Assembly: GCA_951406725.2 (NCBI GenBank)
Contig: OX597816.1
Span: forward strand, 81,344,001 to 81,408,000
Source of the DNA: Octopus vulgaris
Lineage: Eukaryota
Length of the DNA: 64,000 bases
Direction: 5' to 3'
Under the pieces are notes generated by a model. That model made no database searches. It was not told the DNA's origin and saw only the letters and a program-made list of their open reading frames with translations. Positions 1-13,062 of this stretch are shown one piece after another (within the stretch, counting starts at the first letter, position 1; every line of letters begins with the position of its first letter). Made by a program: the position numbers and the translations under genes.

Positions 1-2606
1 AGACCTAGATACAACCACAGCAAATTTTATTCTCGATAAATTATTGTCTTATCCTAAGTTAAGTGAGGAGAATAAAAAATAAGCTAACCTACTATGAAAA
101 AGTTGACTCCATAAGCGGAAGTGTCTTGATAATAAGTGATGTTTTATTAATATAAGAACTGATTTGTAATTCATTTCTGGTTCTGAAGATGAAAATAGTA
201 ATCCTTTCACGCCTCAGCCCAATACCAGAAACCCTCAATTATTTTTTATTCTGATCCATTTCATCCATTGCATTCAGGCCCTAGCTCAGGTTACGATCCA
301 CATGAAGATTGTAATGGACAACAGACCATCTCACATCAAATCCATTTGACACTAACTACCTTCTCAGTGATATTATGCACTTGTGCACAAAACTGAGGTG
401 GGATTCTATTTAATTAGACTTTTCTTTCGTTTAACTTTTGTGGTGAACTCCAGCAAATTATTGAGAGTGCTTTTATGTATATTGTGGAAGATAAAATTCG
501 TATATTCAGCTGTAATATGTACAATGCCTATTATATATTCATCCATAAATGGTAAACTTTTCAAGTGGTAGACTTAAGCTATCAGTTGGTTTAACACCAC
601 TACCTTGCCGTTGAGAGCTTTTAGTGGAATCTACTCTGTTACAGTGATTCGGACCATGTTTCCAGTATGAAGATAACTGATATCTGGGTGCTCTTTTTCT
701 CCGCTACACATTCCGTGCATATTGCCCCCGTTTGTTAGAAGTTTAAAATCGTTTTCCAGCTGAGGCTCGGAGCGAAAGAATACTGGGGTCCTACCTCATG
801 GGTAACTCCTAGACATGCCACCATAAATGTTTGCAAGCACACCTCTGATCTTACACGCTTATTTGCTATTCTGACAGGGACTAATTACCAGTTAGCTGCA
901 ACGCAAGTCCTGGTTTCTTCCCTTTCTTACACTAGTGTTGGGGATCCCACAAAAGTCATTAGGTGCTACTTGCCATTAAAAAAAAATCAGAACACGTCAG
1001 TTACAATGAGTACATCCCTTTCAATATATGGATACAAAATTTCGTCAGTAGTTTCCAATTATAGTTCTATTGACTCCAGAGATCATTGATTGTTTTGTTT
1101 TCTTTTTGTTTTTTACTTTAGTGCACAAACAAATATTTGTAAAGGATATGATGTAGTCTGTTGACTGAACGCCAGCATTTTACTTGCTTTATTGATCCTG
1201 ACAAGACTTGGACAGAGAATGAAAAGGAATGTAGGTTTTCTTTACTTGCCAGATCTGGAGGAAGGAGCAGTGATTGTGGTCTTGATAGGTCATCCCGACT
1301 TGCAACTTAACATAGCAAAAAGGCATAAGCAGGAAAGGAATCTCAAAGATCCAACGTTATGGACAAGGACTGGGCGTAATGATTAGTGCGGGTCCTGTGG
1401 AATTGAACACAAGTGCGATGAGGAGGGAAAGACGAGTAGGTCGGGAATGCTCGAGTGGGAGCAGTATGAATCTAATCCGAGAATTAGACAGAAGAAAGAA
1501 CACTCTTCTGGGACAGAAGATGGTGCGTGTCTTTGTATTATTTAGATGGCTCTTTTCTGGTTGTGTTTTCGGATAACTATGTTGGAGCAATTGTACCGCC
1601 CCTGATGTGAGAGCTACACTCATTTAAGGGTCTCACCTAAGCTTTGTAGAATGTCAATATATGTTAGAGGGTGTTCCTCATGTTACTCTGAAGAGAAGGG
1701 TCAGTTGTTGTGATGTGATCCTAGCTACTTTTGCCCGGAGATGTTGATGATAATGAGGCCCAAAATTTGGAGTGATTCTCAAGGATCTTGTTGCGTGCTG
1801 TTCGTGTTTAAGAAGGTGTTGAACGGTGATGTTTTCTGAATATTAGTAACTTTTTGTTTTCTTGATGTGGTGTTTAAAAGAAACATAATTGGTATATTTC
1901 TATCAGAGAATGGTTTCAAGATCTCTGCTCATGGAATCAGTTTGTCATGTGACTCTAGCCTGAAGAGTGTTAGAGAAGAATGATGTATAGTGTCATATGT
2001 ATAAGAACAGGCGTTCGAAGACATGTTTAATAGTCAGTGATGTATAGAAGGAAGGAATTAGGGTAGAAAAACCGAACCCTGAGGCACATTATGATAGTAC
2101 TGTCTTTTGGGAAACTATCTAAACAAGATAACTTTGATGAGGGCGCTGCACACCTGCCGAAAGCTTTGCTGGGGTTGAGTACGACAATATTGTTGTCACC
2201 AGCACACAGGCGAGACCCTACAAGTGGATGACATATAGGAGTAGGCCACCAATGCATCTAGCTCTACGGAAACTATGCTAGTGGCCGTTAAGGAATGAGA
2301 GAGAGATTGATGGTGCTGGGGAACGTCGTTACTTTAGAGATGTGGAAAGTGAGTATGATAGAGCGATAGCTGTCAGATTCAGAGGGATGTCTTTCTTGAG
2401 AATTGGGCACACTGTGATAAGTTTCCAAAGGCCAAAGTATACCACTGCCGAGAGTGAGAGATTGAAGAGTTTGGTGAGTATAGGGGTAAGCTTTGAGGCA
2501 CAATGTTTAAAGGTAATCGAAAGGATATCACCAGATGTGTTTATTGGTAATCGAAAAGACATCACCTGTAACTTTGTTGCTTTAAAGCGACCTGAGATAC
2601 ACTCGT

Positions 2607-2679
<73 letters not shown>

Positions 2680-3623
2680 AACGAGGTGAGCTTAGAATAG
2701 CGGAAGGTGATACATTTGAAGATTTTCCAAGTGTGCTCAGTGATGCTCACAGAATCATCGTTGTTGTGAAGTGGAGGGAAAGAAAACTCTGCAAAATTGG
2801 CAAGGGACCAGTATGATCGACTGCATTTTGGTGGGTGGGAAACTTTGATGGTATGCATAAAGGCATCTTTTGTGGTGTGGCTAATGATCTTGTAGGAATT
2901 GCTTTAGTGGTAAACAGTGCCACTTTTTTTTTTTTTTTTTTTTTTTTGAGTGAGGAGTTCAGGTGCTGTAAGCCTTTCCTAAACAGCTGCGCACCAAAAT
3001 GAGTGATCCAGTTGATTTGAGACACTGATTGATATTTTTTATTGTGTGATGACATAGAGGGACGTACTTGAAAGGATACACTGGCCAAGAATGATGTATA
3101 TTACCTAGAATAGTAAGAATAAAATTGCCGAAGCTCCGATCATTCCGCTGATATAAAATGCCAAAAGTTGCTGGGGTACGTGTGTTTTGTGATAAGTCAA
3201 TGTCTGTGGGGTAGTTGCGATAAGGCAATGGTCGTTCGACTCGGTAGTTTGATAAAGATTACGTTTGAAAAGGAGAAAGAGACTAACGAATGATTGGAGG
3301 TATTTGTATACCAATCGGAACGCATGTAAGGGTTAAGATACGTTAATGTGAAGAGTTGAGGATTGTAAAATATTCCCTTTCTGCATCTGTGACATCGGTA
3401 TAGGGTGAATTAGAAGGTCACAAGGAGTTATGATCACTGAACTTGCCGAAGACAACTTCGAAGAAGGATGAAGTGAGAATATGCCTTATATGTACATGGA
3501 GATGTGAGCGCAGAGGTGTTGGTAGTTCATTGAGTTAGAAGAGCGTGGGAGGGAGCAGCGTTATTTGAAAGTATGAGGGAGAGTTTGAATCAGAGTAAAT
3601 ATATGTCACTATTACTGATATCC

Positions 3624-3922
3624 GTGGAGGTGCAATGGCCCAGTGGTTAGTGCAGCGGACTCGCGGTCAGAGGATTGCGGTTTCGATTCCCAGACCGGGC
3701 GTTGTGTGTGTTTATTGAGCGAAAACACCTAAAGCTCCACGATGCTCCGACAGATGGTGGTGGCGACCCCTGTTGTACTCTTTCGACCCAACTTTCTCTC
3801 ACTGTTTCTTGAGTAACGCTGCGATGGACTGGCGTCCCATCCAGCTGGGGGGGGGGGGGCACATACGCCATAGAAACTGGGAAACCGGACCCATGAGCCT
3901 GGCTAGGCTTGAAAATGGCGCA

Positions 3923-3965
<43 letters not shown>

Positions 3966-3968
3966 ATA
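3624..3968 (+). mobile_element. tRNA-derived SINE (family 1) with (TAAA)n tail and 14-bp TSD
   Basis: A box TGGCCCAGTGG and B box GGTTTCGATTCC in the head; body GCGATGGACTGGCGTCCCATCCAG; (TAAA)n tail; TATTACTGATATCC at 3610-3623 and 3969-3982. Confidence 0.85.
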
Positions 3969-3982
3969 TATTACTGATATCC

Positions 3983-4193
3983 AGCGAGCCAGCAGAATCG
4001 TTAGCACGCGGGGGGAAATGTTTAGCGGCATTTCGTCCACCTTTACGTTCTGTGCTGAAATTCCGTCGAGGTCGACTTTACATTTAATCCTTTCAGGGAC
4101 GATAAAATAAGTACCAGTTGAGCACTGGGATCGATCTAATCGACTTATCCCATCCCCTGAACTTGCTGGCCTTGTAGTAAGATTTGAAACTAT
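3983..4193 (+). mobile_element. SINE (family 2, GCAGAATCGTTAGC...GTCGATAAAATAAGTACCAG...AAATTTGAAAC)
   Basis: Matches the copies at 14081, 44233, 49625 and 58737; followed by a TSD copy at 4194-4207. Confidence 0.8.
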
Positions 4194-5488
4194 TATTACT
4201 GATATCCAGGCGAAGGAGATGATTAACAAATGAGTGGGTTATACGTAAGTGAAGACACCACCTTTCTGAGTAAAGTTTTGAATAAAGTATGTAGCCTGGA
4301 CAGTGGAGATGGAGAGGTGGCAGAAGTTAAGAAATTTGTGTCAGGGAGAAGAATAGTCTGCATATACGCAAAAGGTTGGTTCATAGAATATTGTGTGACT
4401 TACAGCCGTTTCTTCAATGCACCACACTTAACCTCGAAAGACCTTGATGTGGAACCTTTGATGGCCATTGGCAGATGTTCATACAATGACTAAAGTTCAG
4501 GCATATTAAAGTCTCAACTTTATTGCAGGATACATTTTTACACTGGCGGTGAGCAGTGTTATAAACCAAAGTTTTCCTGAAAGAGTTCAGCTTTTATTTC
4601 GCTTACAATGTAACAGAGATTGTTATACGACCCACAAATGAATTACATCAACATTTCGCAGAAGTTTCAGTCTCTCAAATACATACATATGTATATAAAC
4701 ATCTGTGTGTGTGTGTGTGCGTGCGTGTGTGTATGTTTGGCTGTATTTGTCTATGTTCTTCATATTTATACATCACTGTTATTCCTTTTAGGTCATTTTT
4801 GTTAAATTTATGTAGATTACCTGGACCGTAAATACACACACTCACACACACACACACACACACACATATTGACCAGTTTGATAATGAGACGTTCATGCCT
4901 TCCTACTGCTGGTCAGGGCAGAGGAAATAAAGGATTCACTATTTTTTTCTTTCAATTATGTATGGATGAAAGACATCTTAGCTTTTGAACTTTTTAGCAA
5001 TGATAATTTGAGTTGAATTAGATATGGGTGTCTGTGCGCACGCGCGCGCGTGTGCGTGCTAGTGTGTGTGTGCGTGTACGTTGTAATATAGTTACTATTT
5101 ACTTCCTAGTGTTCTTTTTAGCCCCGGATCAGTCTTGGATAAGTAAACATATGATCAATGTTGTTCTATCTGTGAACAACCAATATTGTTTTCAAGTAAG
5201 CATACTGTATAGAGGACTACATTATGCAATATGTTTCTTGAGCAATTTGATATCAATTTCGTTGGAAGAGCCCAAGCCAAGCAGCCACAAACAGGTACCT
5301 TATTCTCCTGGTTCTGTGCTTTCAGAAAACATTCAATGAAATAATATGACTAGATAATGAACAATGATCAATTCAGTAATATATCCCCACCCCCGTAACA
5401 AATTCTAATAAAACACACACACAAACGGGGGTCGGAAAGAGAGAGAGAGCAGTGTATATATATTTATGCATACATGCATACAAACATC

Positions 5489-5538
<50 letters not shown>

Positions 5539-5548
5539 TGTGTGTATT

Positions 5549-5606
<58 letters not shown>

Positions 5607-5706
5607 TATATTTATATATACTTAATACTCTCTACTTCATTGGTATTAGATTTATTTGTATTATAATAGTATGCTTTCCACACAAAACATATACATATAT
5701 ATACAT

Positions 5707-5881
<175 letters not shown>

Positions 5882-5933
5882 TGTAGAAAGGTAAAGGCAA
5901 ACATTTTGAAGTAGAACCGTTTTTGTATATGCC

Positions 5934-5972
<39 letters not shown>

Positions 5973-6383
5973 ATGTATGTATGTATGCATGTATGTATGT
6001 ATGTACGTACGTATGTATCCTCGTGAACACATGGGATTGTATTAATGTATTTCACTTCACTTCAGTACATTTACTGATATTCTGCTGCATATTGGTACAA
6101 TATATTTAAAAATAAAAACAGAAAAATGGTTATCACTAGTTAATATGAAACTGTGCGGAAGCGAAAGAAAATATTAAAAATAAAAATAATAACTACAGTC
6201 TGCATTTCAGAAATTAGTTATTGATTGTTTCAGTTTCACAGAGACATGTTAAAAGTTACATAACATCACTTCTAATCGTTTATTTAAAACATCAGTAAAC
6301 AAAATGTTGTACTCACAGCAGTGGGCGGGTTTGTTGTTGTTCTCGTTGTAGTTGTTGTTGCTGCTGCTGCTGTTATCATTATC

Positions 6384-6428
<45 letters not shown>

Positions 6429-6521
6429 TCGGTTAGCCGTCTTGTGATTAGAGAGAAAGACAGTGTCTGTGCGTTATGTACATAGGCTTTAACTAAACAA
6501 ATCGGTTTATATTAGCAGTCG

Positions 6522-6552
<31 letters not shown>

Positions 6553-6762
6553 CAAACAGTAAATTTACAAAGACGCCAGAGTATCACACAGAATGCCTTG
6601 CAGTATCTGTTTCGGCTCATTACATTTTGAGTTCAAATCTCGACGAGACTAACTTTGTTTTTTCACCGTCTTCTGTGTCCATAAACAAAATACTAGTCAA
6701 GTCCTGATGTTAATTTCACTTACTTTCTATCTCTCTCTCCTTCACACACACACACACACATA

Positions 6763-6807
<45 letters not shown>

Positions 6808-7027
6808 ACATACACACTCATTCTCTCTCCCTTTCTCTCTCTCTCGCTTTTTCACTTTCTCTGAATCGGTCTCGTGAAAGAGCCAAGAATGAAACATTCG
6901 CATCGCGACGCCACCAATCTTTTCACCACCATTTTCTGAAGATAAAATGATGATATTGATTATGATGATGAGAGGTGTGATGATAGTTGTAAGTGTGGTC
7001 GTCGTTGTTGTTGTTGTTGTTGTTGTT

Positions 7028-7082
<55 letters not shown>

Positions 7083-7378
7083 AGATGACGGTGGTGGTGG
7101 TGGTGGTGGTGATGGTGATTTGGTGGTGTCAGTGAGTGTTAGTGTTAATTCTTATTTAGCCCAAGGTCGGTTCTGATTGAGTAGTACGATGTTTAAAGTT
7201 TTTCAAGAAAATGTATCTAGAATTATGTTATCTGAAATAATCCTTACATTTTTTAAAGACAGTAGATCATGATTTTAAGGGAGATTTGGGTGCTACTTCT
7301 TGCAGATCAAGGCTCATTCATTGGTTCCATGTAATGGAAACACTGTCAGCCGAAACTCGTGATTGTGTGGTGCAAATA

Positions 7379-7751
7379 TTGGGTTGTCCGGAAAGTTCGT
7401 GCCGATTTATAGTAGCTTACCTTTCGACTTATTTTAGAACATGGTTGAGTCCATAAAATAGGATTTGACTACATTTGGAGCACAGTTTAAGCTATTTATT
7501 CAGGTCTCAGCAGAATAGTCTTAATGGTAAAAATTTCAATTCCTTGGATGACATAAAAAGATACCTTGATGAATTCTTTGCCATGAAATCACCTCAATTC
7601 TGGGAAGAGGGTATTTTCAAGTTAAAGGAAAGATGGAGACGCATTGTGCAACAAAATGGTTAATATTTGGTTGATTAAAAATGTAATGGCAAGTATTTAT
7701 TGACCTTTTTCTTTCCTTTAAAAATCAGCACGAACTTTCTAGACAACCCAA
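7379..7751 (+). mobile_element. Internally deleted mariner element (373 bp) with both TIRs and TA TSDs
   Basis: TIR TTGGGTTGTCCGGAAAGTTCGTGCCGATTT / AAATCAGCACGAACTTTCTAGACAACCCAA; TA at 7377-78 and 7752-53; internal peptide YLFRSQQNSLNGKNF..FWEEGIFKLKERWRRIVQQNG is a mariner transposase C-terminus. Confidence 0.9.
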
Positions 7752-9139
7752 TACATATGAATAGTTCATGTTTCAAGAAGAAGTGGGAGCACGAAGAGAA
7801 TTAGTGAAATTCTATCGTGGTCTCATTTAATTAGGAATTTATAGATTAATTCTGACAAAGCAGCTTACACCTGATGGTATCTGAGGACTTATTTAAATCA
7901 TAAATCGTATATGAGGAGCTCGGATACTGCAGACTGTAGATAATTTAGCTGTTGCGTTAGGAGCACATGTTATTATAAATGGTGATCTATAAGGGGTGCC
8001 GATATCTATATTACACCAAGACATAAACGGTGACCAGATTACCCTTCGCAGTAATTAATGACTTGACAGTCAAGAAAAGAATGTAGGCACCGTAAAACTG
8101 TAGCTGATCACTAGATAAGAATCATGTTCGTCCTTCGGAGCGACGATGTCCATCTAATCAGCTTCAAGGACGACTGATGATTTGCGCAGTCACTTTGTTT
8201 AAAGTGAAGTTGCACACCCTTAACCTCACTCTCTCATCCGTGACCATCTTCAATTTAGTGGCAAGACCTAGTCAAGACAACCAGAGATGGAGGTAGACGC
8301 ATTGGATGACTATGATCCCTTACTTGTCTCATCCTGCTCTCTGCTTTCCACAATGTGTGCCTCTTTCTCTGCTAAACCATGAAGGTTTCTTCTGCAGAAT
8401 CGTTTGGAACCACTATTCTCAAGCTGTAACTCATCAAGAATTACATACCCATTGGCTACCTCTCACCTGGTTTAACCCACCATTCAAAGTGGTTTACTAG
8501 GTTGTGGCCGCCGTAAAATGCGAACAGCTACTAGGAGCTACAGGTGAGAGTTATGTACCAGGTGGAGACCAAAGCGCGATCCACCCTTACGAGTGCGACG
8601 TGTTTCCTCATCAAAGATGCTACCCCTCTCTAACACCTCATACACCCTAACCACCCCACTAGATTAGAATATACTATAGAGGATGACTAAAATTTTGACG
8701 CTGTAGTGAGTGCCCACCTGTCTAGATTAAGATAGATTGCAGATGACTAGGTCAGCACAAACTGTAACTGATGACTAAATTAATTCATATAACTTATGAC
8801 CAGATTATCATAGAGTGTAGATTGTTAATGGTAAAATTATAATTACATCTTGATACAACCTCGAAATGATTGCTGAATTTGGACCGACTGTTTGATCGGT
8901 GGTATCCAAAGTATGACATCGACTCCATGGGGATTTTTAATTGGTTCAGATGAGTAAGCTATAAGGAGTAGGAATACATTCTTTTTTCGTTTTTATCTAA
9001 CAAGAACTAATTTTATACGTTAACCAGTCTACAGTATTTGCTCAATAATTTTTTTTCTTTTTGTCATTGATTTTGGAACAGTGAAAATCTATATCAGGAG
9101 TTGCCTCCCGTACTTGCTGAAATAATTAAAATAATATTG

Positions 9140-9334
9140 ATTTCTTGCACGGGCACACAGTATCTCAAATTTTGAGGAAGGAAACAATCGATTTTATCGT
9201 CCCCAGTACTTGACTGTAATTTATTTTATCGATTCAGGGATGATGAAAAACTTAGTTGACTTCAGTGAGATTTGACCTCACAACATAAAGAGCCAGACAC
9301 ACCAAATAATTCTATTCTACCAATCCACCGCCCT
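9140..9334 (-). mobile_element. Diverged SINE family 2 copy
   Basis: Plus strand reads CCCCAGTACTTGACTG..TTATTTTATCGA..GATGAAAAACTTAGTTGACTTCAGTGAGATTTGA, the reverse complement of the family body. Confidence 0.6.
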
Positions 9335-9344
9335 CAAAATATAT

Positions 9345-9680
9345 TAATCGCAGACCGTGGAGAGGACTGAGTTTTTGCAGGTCAAGCCGCTACTCTCTGC
9401 ATTGAGAGATCAAAGATTCGGTGCTATGGACAATAATACTAGATTGTCGCAGGAAACAATTGCAAGACGGATTCTTCGAGCCGAGCCAACCGAAAGGAAA
9501 CTTAAGGGTAGAGTAACAATGAAATGGTTGGACAATAACCAGAGTTTCAGTTGGTTACGCTTGGCAATCCAGCCGGAGAATTTAATGACGGTTGCTTCTG
9601 CTAGTACCGCATGGAAGCGGTACCTGATAATTATATCCCCACGACCAAGAATAGTGGGTGGAGATGACGGATTGATGAAT
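9345..9680 (+). mobile_element. 3' end fragment of an RTE-clade LINE
   Basis: Peptide RRILRAEPTERKLKGRVTMKWLDN...LAIQPENLMTVAS..WKRYL..SPRP resembles the RTE C-terminus (R.RGRP..W.D..A.DR..W); (GAT)-type tail. Confidence 0.6.
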
Positions 9681-10303
9681 GATTACTGCATTAAATATAA
9701 CACTAATTCCTCTATTATCATCTATGGTGATGTTGTTTCCCAGTCTTCGAATAATACCACATAATAAACGACTACGTCTGGAAACTGAAACCTGAGCAGT
9801 TTCGTTATCACAGCTATAAATTACGAACAGAATTGTTTATATCAATATATAGAGAAAAAGATAGCAAGGAGGGAGAAAGAGAGGAAAAGAGGGAAGTAAC
9901 TGATGTATAAACATCGAAAAATAAATATATCCACGGTATCTTAATTACGTAATTATGAAATTAATGATGTTTATGCTAATGAAACAGTTTCTGAGCATAA
10001 TTGAATTATGAACTACTGTATATGTGTATATGAAACTTACGCGCTTCTGCGTTTCTGCTTTTTAATTTAGATATATCTTTTATCTTTTATCTTTTACTTG
10101 TTTCACTCATTTGACTGTGGCCATGCTGGAGCACCGTTTTGAAGGGTTTTAGTCGAACAAATCGACCCCAGGGCTTAATTTTTTCAGCCTAAAAATATTC
10201 ATAGGCTGAAAAATTCATAGCCTAAGAAAAATTCATAAGCTGAAACAGTCATAGGCTGACTATAAAGGAGTGACACTAGGGCTGTGAAATCTTGCGTGTA
10301 TTA

Positions 10304-11091
10304 ATTTCAGGAAGGAAGGAACGAACGAACGAACGAACGAACGAACGAACGAAGAAACGAACGAACGAACGAACGAACGAACGAACGAAGGTATATAGCG
10401 TGGGATCGTCGCATTGACCATGACAGAGAAAGTTGTGATTTCGATACCTGCTCAGAGGCCAGTGCAAAGTTGCAGAAACTGCATGGAGAGGAGTGAATCA
10501 GCTGCACACAAGTGTACGAGTGGTTCAGACGTTTCCAATATGGCCGAAAAAAGGTAAATATTGACGAACGTTGTGGGAGACTCGCAACCAACAGAACTGA
10601 GAAAAACATCGCAGATGTGCGTGCAGCTCTGAGGGGAAATCGACGAATCCCCATCCATGAGTTATCAGAGGTTCAGTTCAGCCCATTATCACTGAAGATT
10701 TGAGTATAAGACGTGTATCTGCCAAGTTTGTGCTAAAACTGCTTTCAGCTGACCAAAACGACACTCGGATTTCAGTTGCACAAATCTCCTTGATTGTGTC
10801 AAGAACGATGTAAACTTTTTGAAAATTTTGAGTAGGCCACTGAGCAGGTATCGCCAGACTTTTGGCAAAATTTGATGCAGATTCTCTGCTCAACTTTCTC
10901 TGTATTGTCAATGCGACGATCACAAGCTATACACCTTCCTTCCAGCTGAAATGAGCTACAATGTTAAAACTTAGTGCGCATGCAGAACAGAGTTTAAAGT
11001 CAATCTGTCAATCTGTGCCAAGCGACTTCACTCTACGTGCTTTAGCTTCATTATTATGGCAACAGTCCGGATACTTATTGATCAGACCATG
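10304..11091. mobile_element. Rearranged mariner relic: N-terminal transposase half on +, then an inverted copy of the 5' end with its TIR
   Basis: + strand: MTEKV..DTCSEA..VYEWFRRF..DERCGR..RRVSAKFV(L)KLLSADQ (10420-10825). - strand from ~10900: TEKVEQRICIKFCQKSGDTCS. TIR (minus) CATGGTCTGATCAATAAGTATCCGGAC ends at 11091, with TA at 11092-93. Confidence 0.8.
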
Positions 11092-11863
11092 TATGTCTAT
11101 GTATTAAATATATAATTATATAGACATAATTATAATTTAGGCACTGGAGAAACAGCACTTATATGCTACAGATAGATGTCAAACGACTATAAACCACTTT
11201 GAATTTGCACTCTATTAGTAAATTATGTTCAATGCGAAGAAAATGGATAAAAAAAGATTTCGTAAAATTATTGTGGTTAACCCTAGTGCCCTTAACTATA
11301 ATTATATCTATATAATTATGTATTTAAATATTTATTTTACCTACATGACTTTTGTTATATGATTGCTACTGATAAAATCATCAATTTTTAATGATTTTAT
11401 CTTTAATTATGTATATATGGTGGTGCTTCAGTATAGCCGCAGCCTCAAGGCTGAAACATAAAAGAATAAAAGAATATGTGTGTGTGTGAGTGTGTGTATG
11501 TGTGTGTGTATTATGAATTTGTAATATTTATTTTATTATTTTATTCATATATTTCTCATATTGTAATGAAACACGTGTAACACAAAATTGAAATGGTAGC
11601 AAATATCCCAATCTTTCTTTTAATACATAGTTTCTCTGCAAATGTTATTATTTACATGGAATCTCAACATGTATGTCTGATTTTCTCATTTAAAATAGAA
11701 ATCTACATACATAGATTTGGTAACTGGAATGCGTAGATTATAATCTCTTTGATACACTATATTCTGTATATATCTATCACCATCTATCTATATATGTGTG
11801 TATGTATACATGTAACCACGTGTGTATCGGTGGCGATTTTCTTCTTCCGTCTTGCCTCCTTTT

Positions 11864-11912
11864 GGACTTCCTTCAATTTCTGAAGAAGAGCTTAGCTCGA
11901 AACATAAAGTCC
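11864..11912 (+). ncRNA. Candidate minimal type-I hammerhead ribozyme in a short (~11790-12010) non-coding repeat
   Basis: CTGAAGA (11880-86), stem II GAGC-tta-GCTC, GAAA (11899-902), then CATA; distal stem I GGACTT (11864-69)/AAGTCC (11907-12). Confidence 0.6.
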
Positions 11913-12193
11913 TCTTTCTTTCCTTTCCTGAGCGTCTGATAATGCAGTACTTGTACCACGTCCTCGCGTTGTTGTTTTTTCTTGTTTGTTCTTCGTTGTT
12001 TGGATTCCCTATATACATACATACATACATACATACATACATACACACATACATATACACACACACACATACACACACACGTGCACACACACACACACAC
12101 GCGCACACACACACACACTCACTTATATATATTTATTTATATATATATATAATAACAAGAGAAGAATGGATTTGGTATTACCTTTATTCCGCG

Positions 12194-12450
12194 GTTTACA
12201 ATTGTTTCAATAACGTATGAGTGACAAATCAAATGATATGCTTGAAGATATGGAAGTGAGCAATGATACTGTCATGTCGATTATATAATAATGATTATAT
12301 AACGAGAGACTCATATTCATCTACTCGTAACCCTTGTGAGCAAATGAATATTTATTTGTTCACAAGTTATGGCAGCAACATTGCTCTCTTCCTTGTCTTC
12401 AAGTATATCATGTGATCTGTCATCCATACGTTATTGAAACAATTGTAAAC
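12194..12450. repeat. Imperfect palindrome with 82-bp arms
   Basis: GTTTACAATTGTTTCAATAACGTATG...GTCAT (12194-12275) versus ATGGCAGC...CATACGTTATTGAAACAATTGTAAAC (12369-12450). Confidence 0.85.
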
Positions 12451-12529
12451 TTGTAGCTATAATAGATAGAGAGAGGGGAGAGGGGATAAAGGGGGAGGAG
12501 GGAGAGAGATGCATCCATACACATATATA

Positions 12530-12571
<42 letters not shown>

Positions 12572-12819
12572 CATACATACACACATGCATATACCCACAC
12601 GCGCGCACGCACGCATACACACACACATGTATATATATCTAACTTGAAGCTATGACAGATGGAGCCAAGACAACAGAGAAATCATTGCTTACCACATGCA
12701 TATCATAATCATGTCTTTAATCTTCTTTTCGAGCATAATCTAGATTTTTACCTCCGTATATTACCTACTGCAATGTGTGTGTATGTGTTGCAGGGAGGTA
12801 GGTCGGTAGATTGGTTGAA

Positions 12820-13062
12820 AGGTATGTATGTATGTATGTATGTATTTATGTATATATGTATGTATGCAAGTAAGTAGGTAAGTACGTAGGTAAGTACGTA
12901 GGTAAGTAGGCGGGTAGGTAGGTAGGTAGGTAGGTAGGTAGGTAGGTAGGTATGTAGGTAGGTAGGTAGGTAGGTAGGTATGTATGTATGTATGTATGTA
13001 TGTATGTAGGTAGGTAGGTAGGTAGGTAGGTAAGGTAGGTAGGTAGGTAGGTTGGTAGGTAG
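12820..13062. repeat. (TATG)n/(TAGG)n compound microsatellite
   Basis: Read directly from the sequence. Confidence 0.9.

Larger units (their letters stand above)
1150..4470 (-). mobile_element. Decayed CR1/L2-group LINE (endonuclease + RT), interrupted by two SINEs, a (TG)n and a poly-T
   Basis: Minus-strand peptides: KGGVFTYV (~4250, APE endonuclease); KHCASKLTPILTKLFNLSL..WKLITVCPILKK (2330-2500, RT N-terminus); RPLNECSSHIRGG (~1600-1635, like RPxMEYCSHIWGG). A-rich tail near 1090-1120. Many stops and frameshifts; ends approximate. Confidence 0.7.

Noticed and set aside
3624-3700. tRNA-like sequence with A and B boxes
   Set aside because: It continues into a SINE body with tail and TSD and has no proper cloverleaf or terminator, so it is a SINE head, not a tRNA gene.
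6317-6440. Possible minus-strand exon (pyrimidine tract + AG, GTGAGT donor) encoding poly-Leu/Thr
   Set aside because: Mostly trinucleotide repeat, and I cannot link it to other exons. Similar isolated splice-like sites (~17383, ~19149, ~27972) give no coherent protein and are expected by chance.
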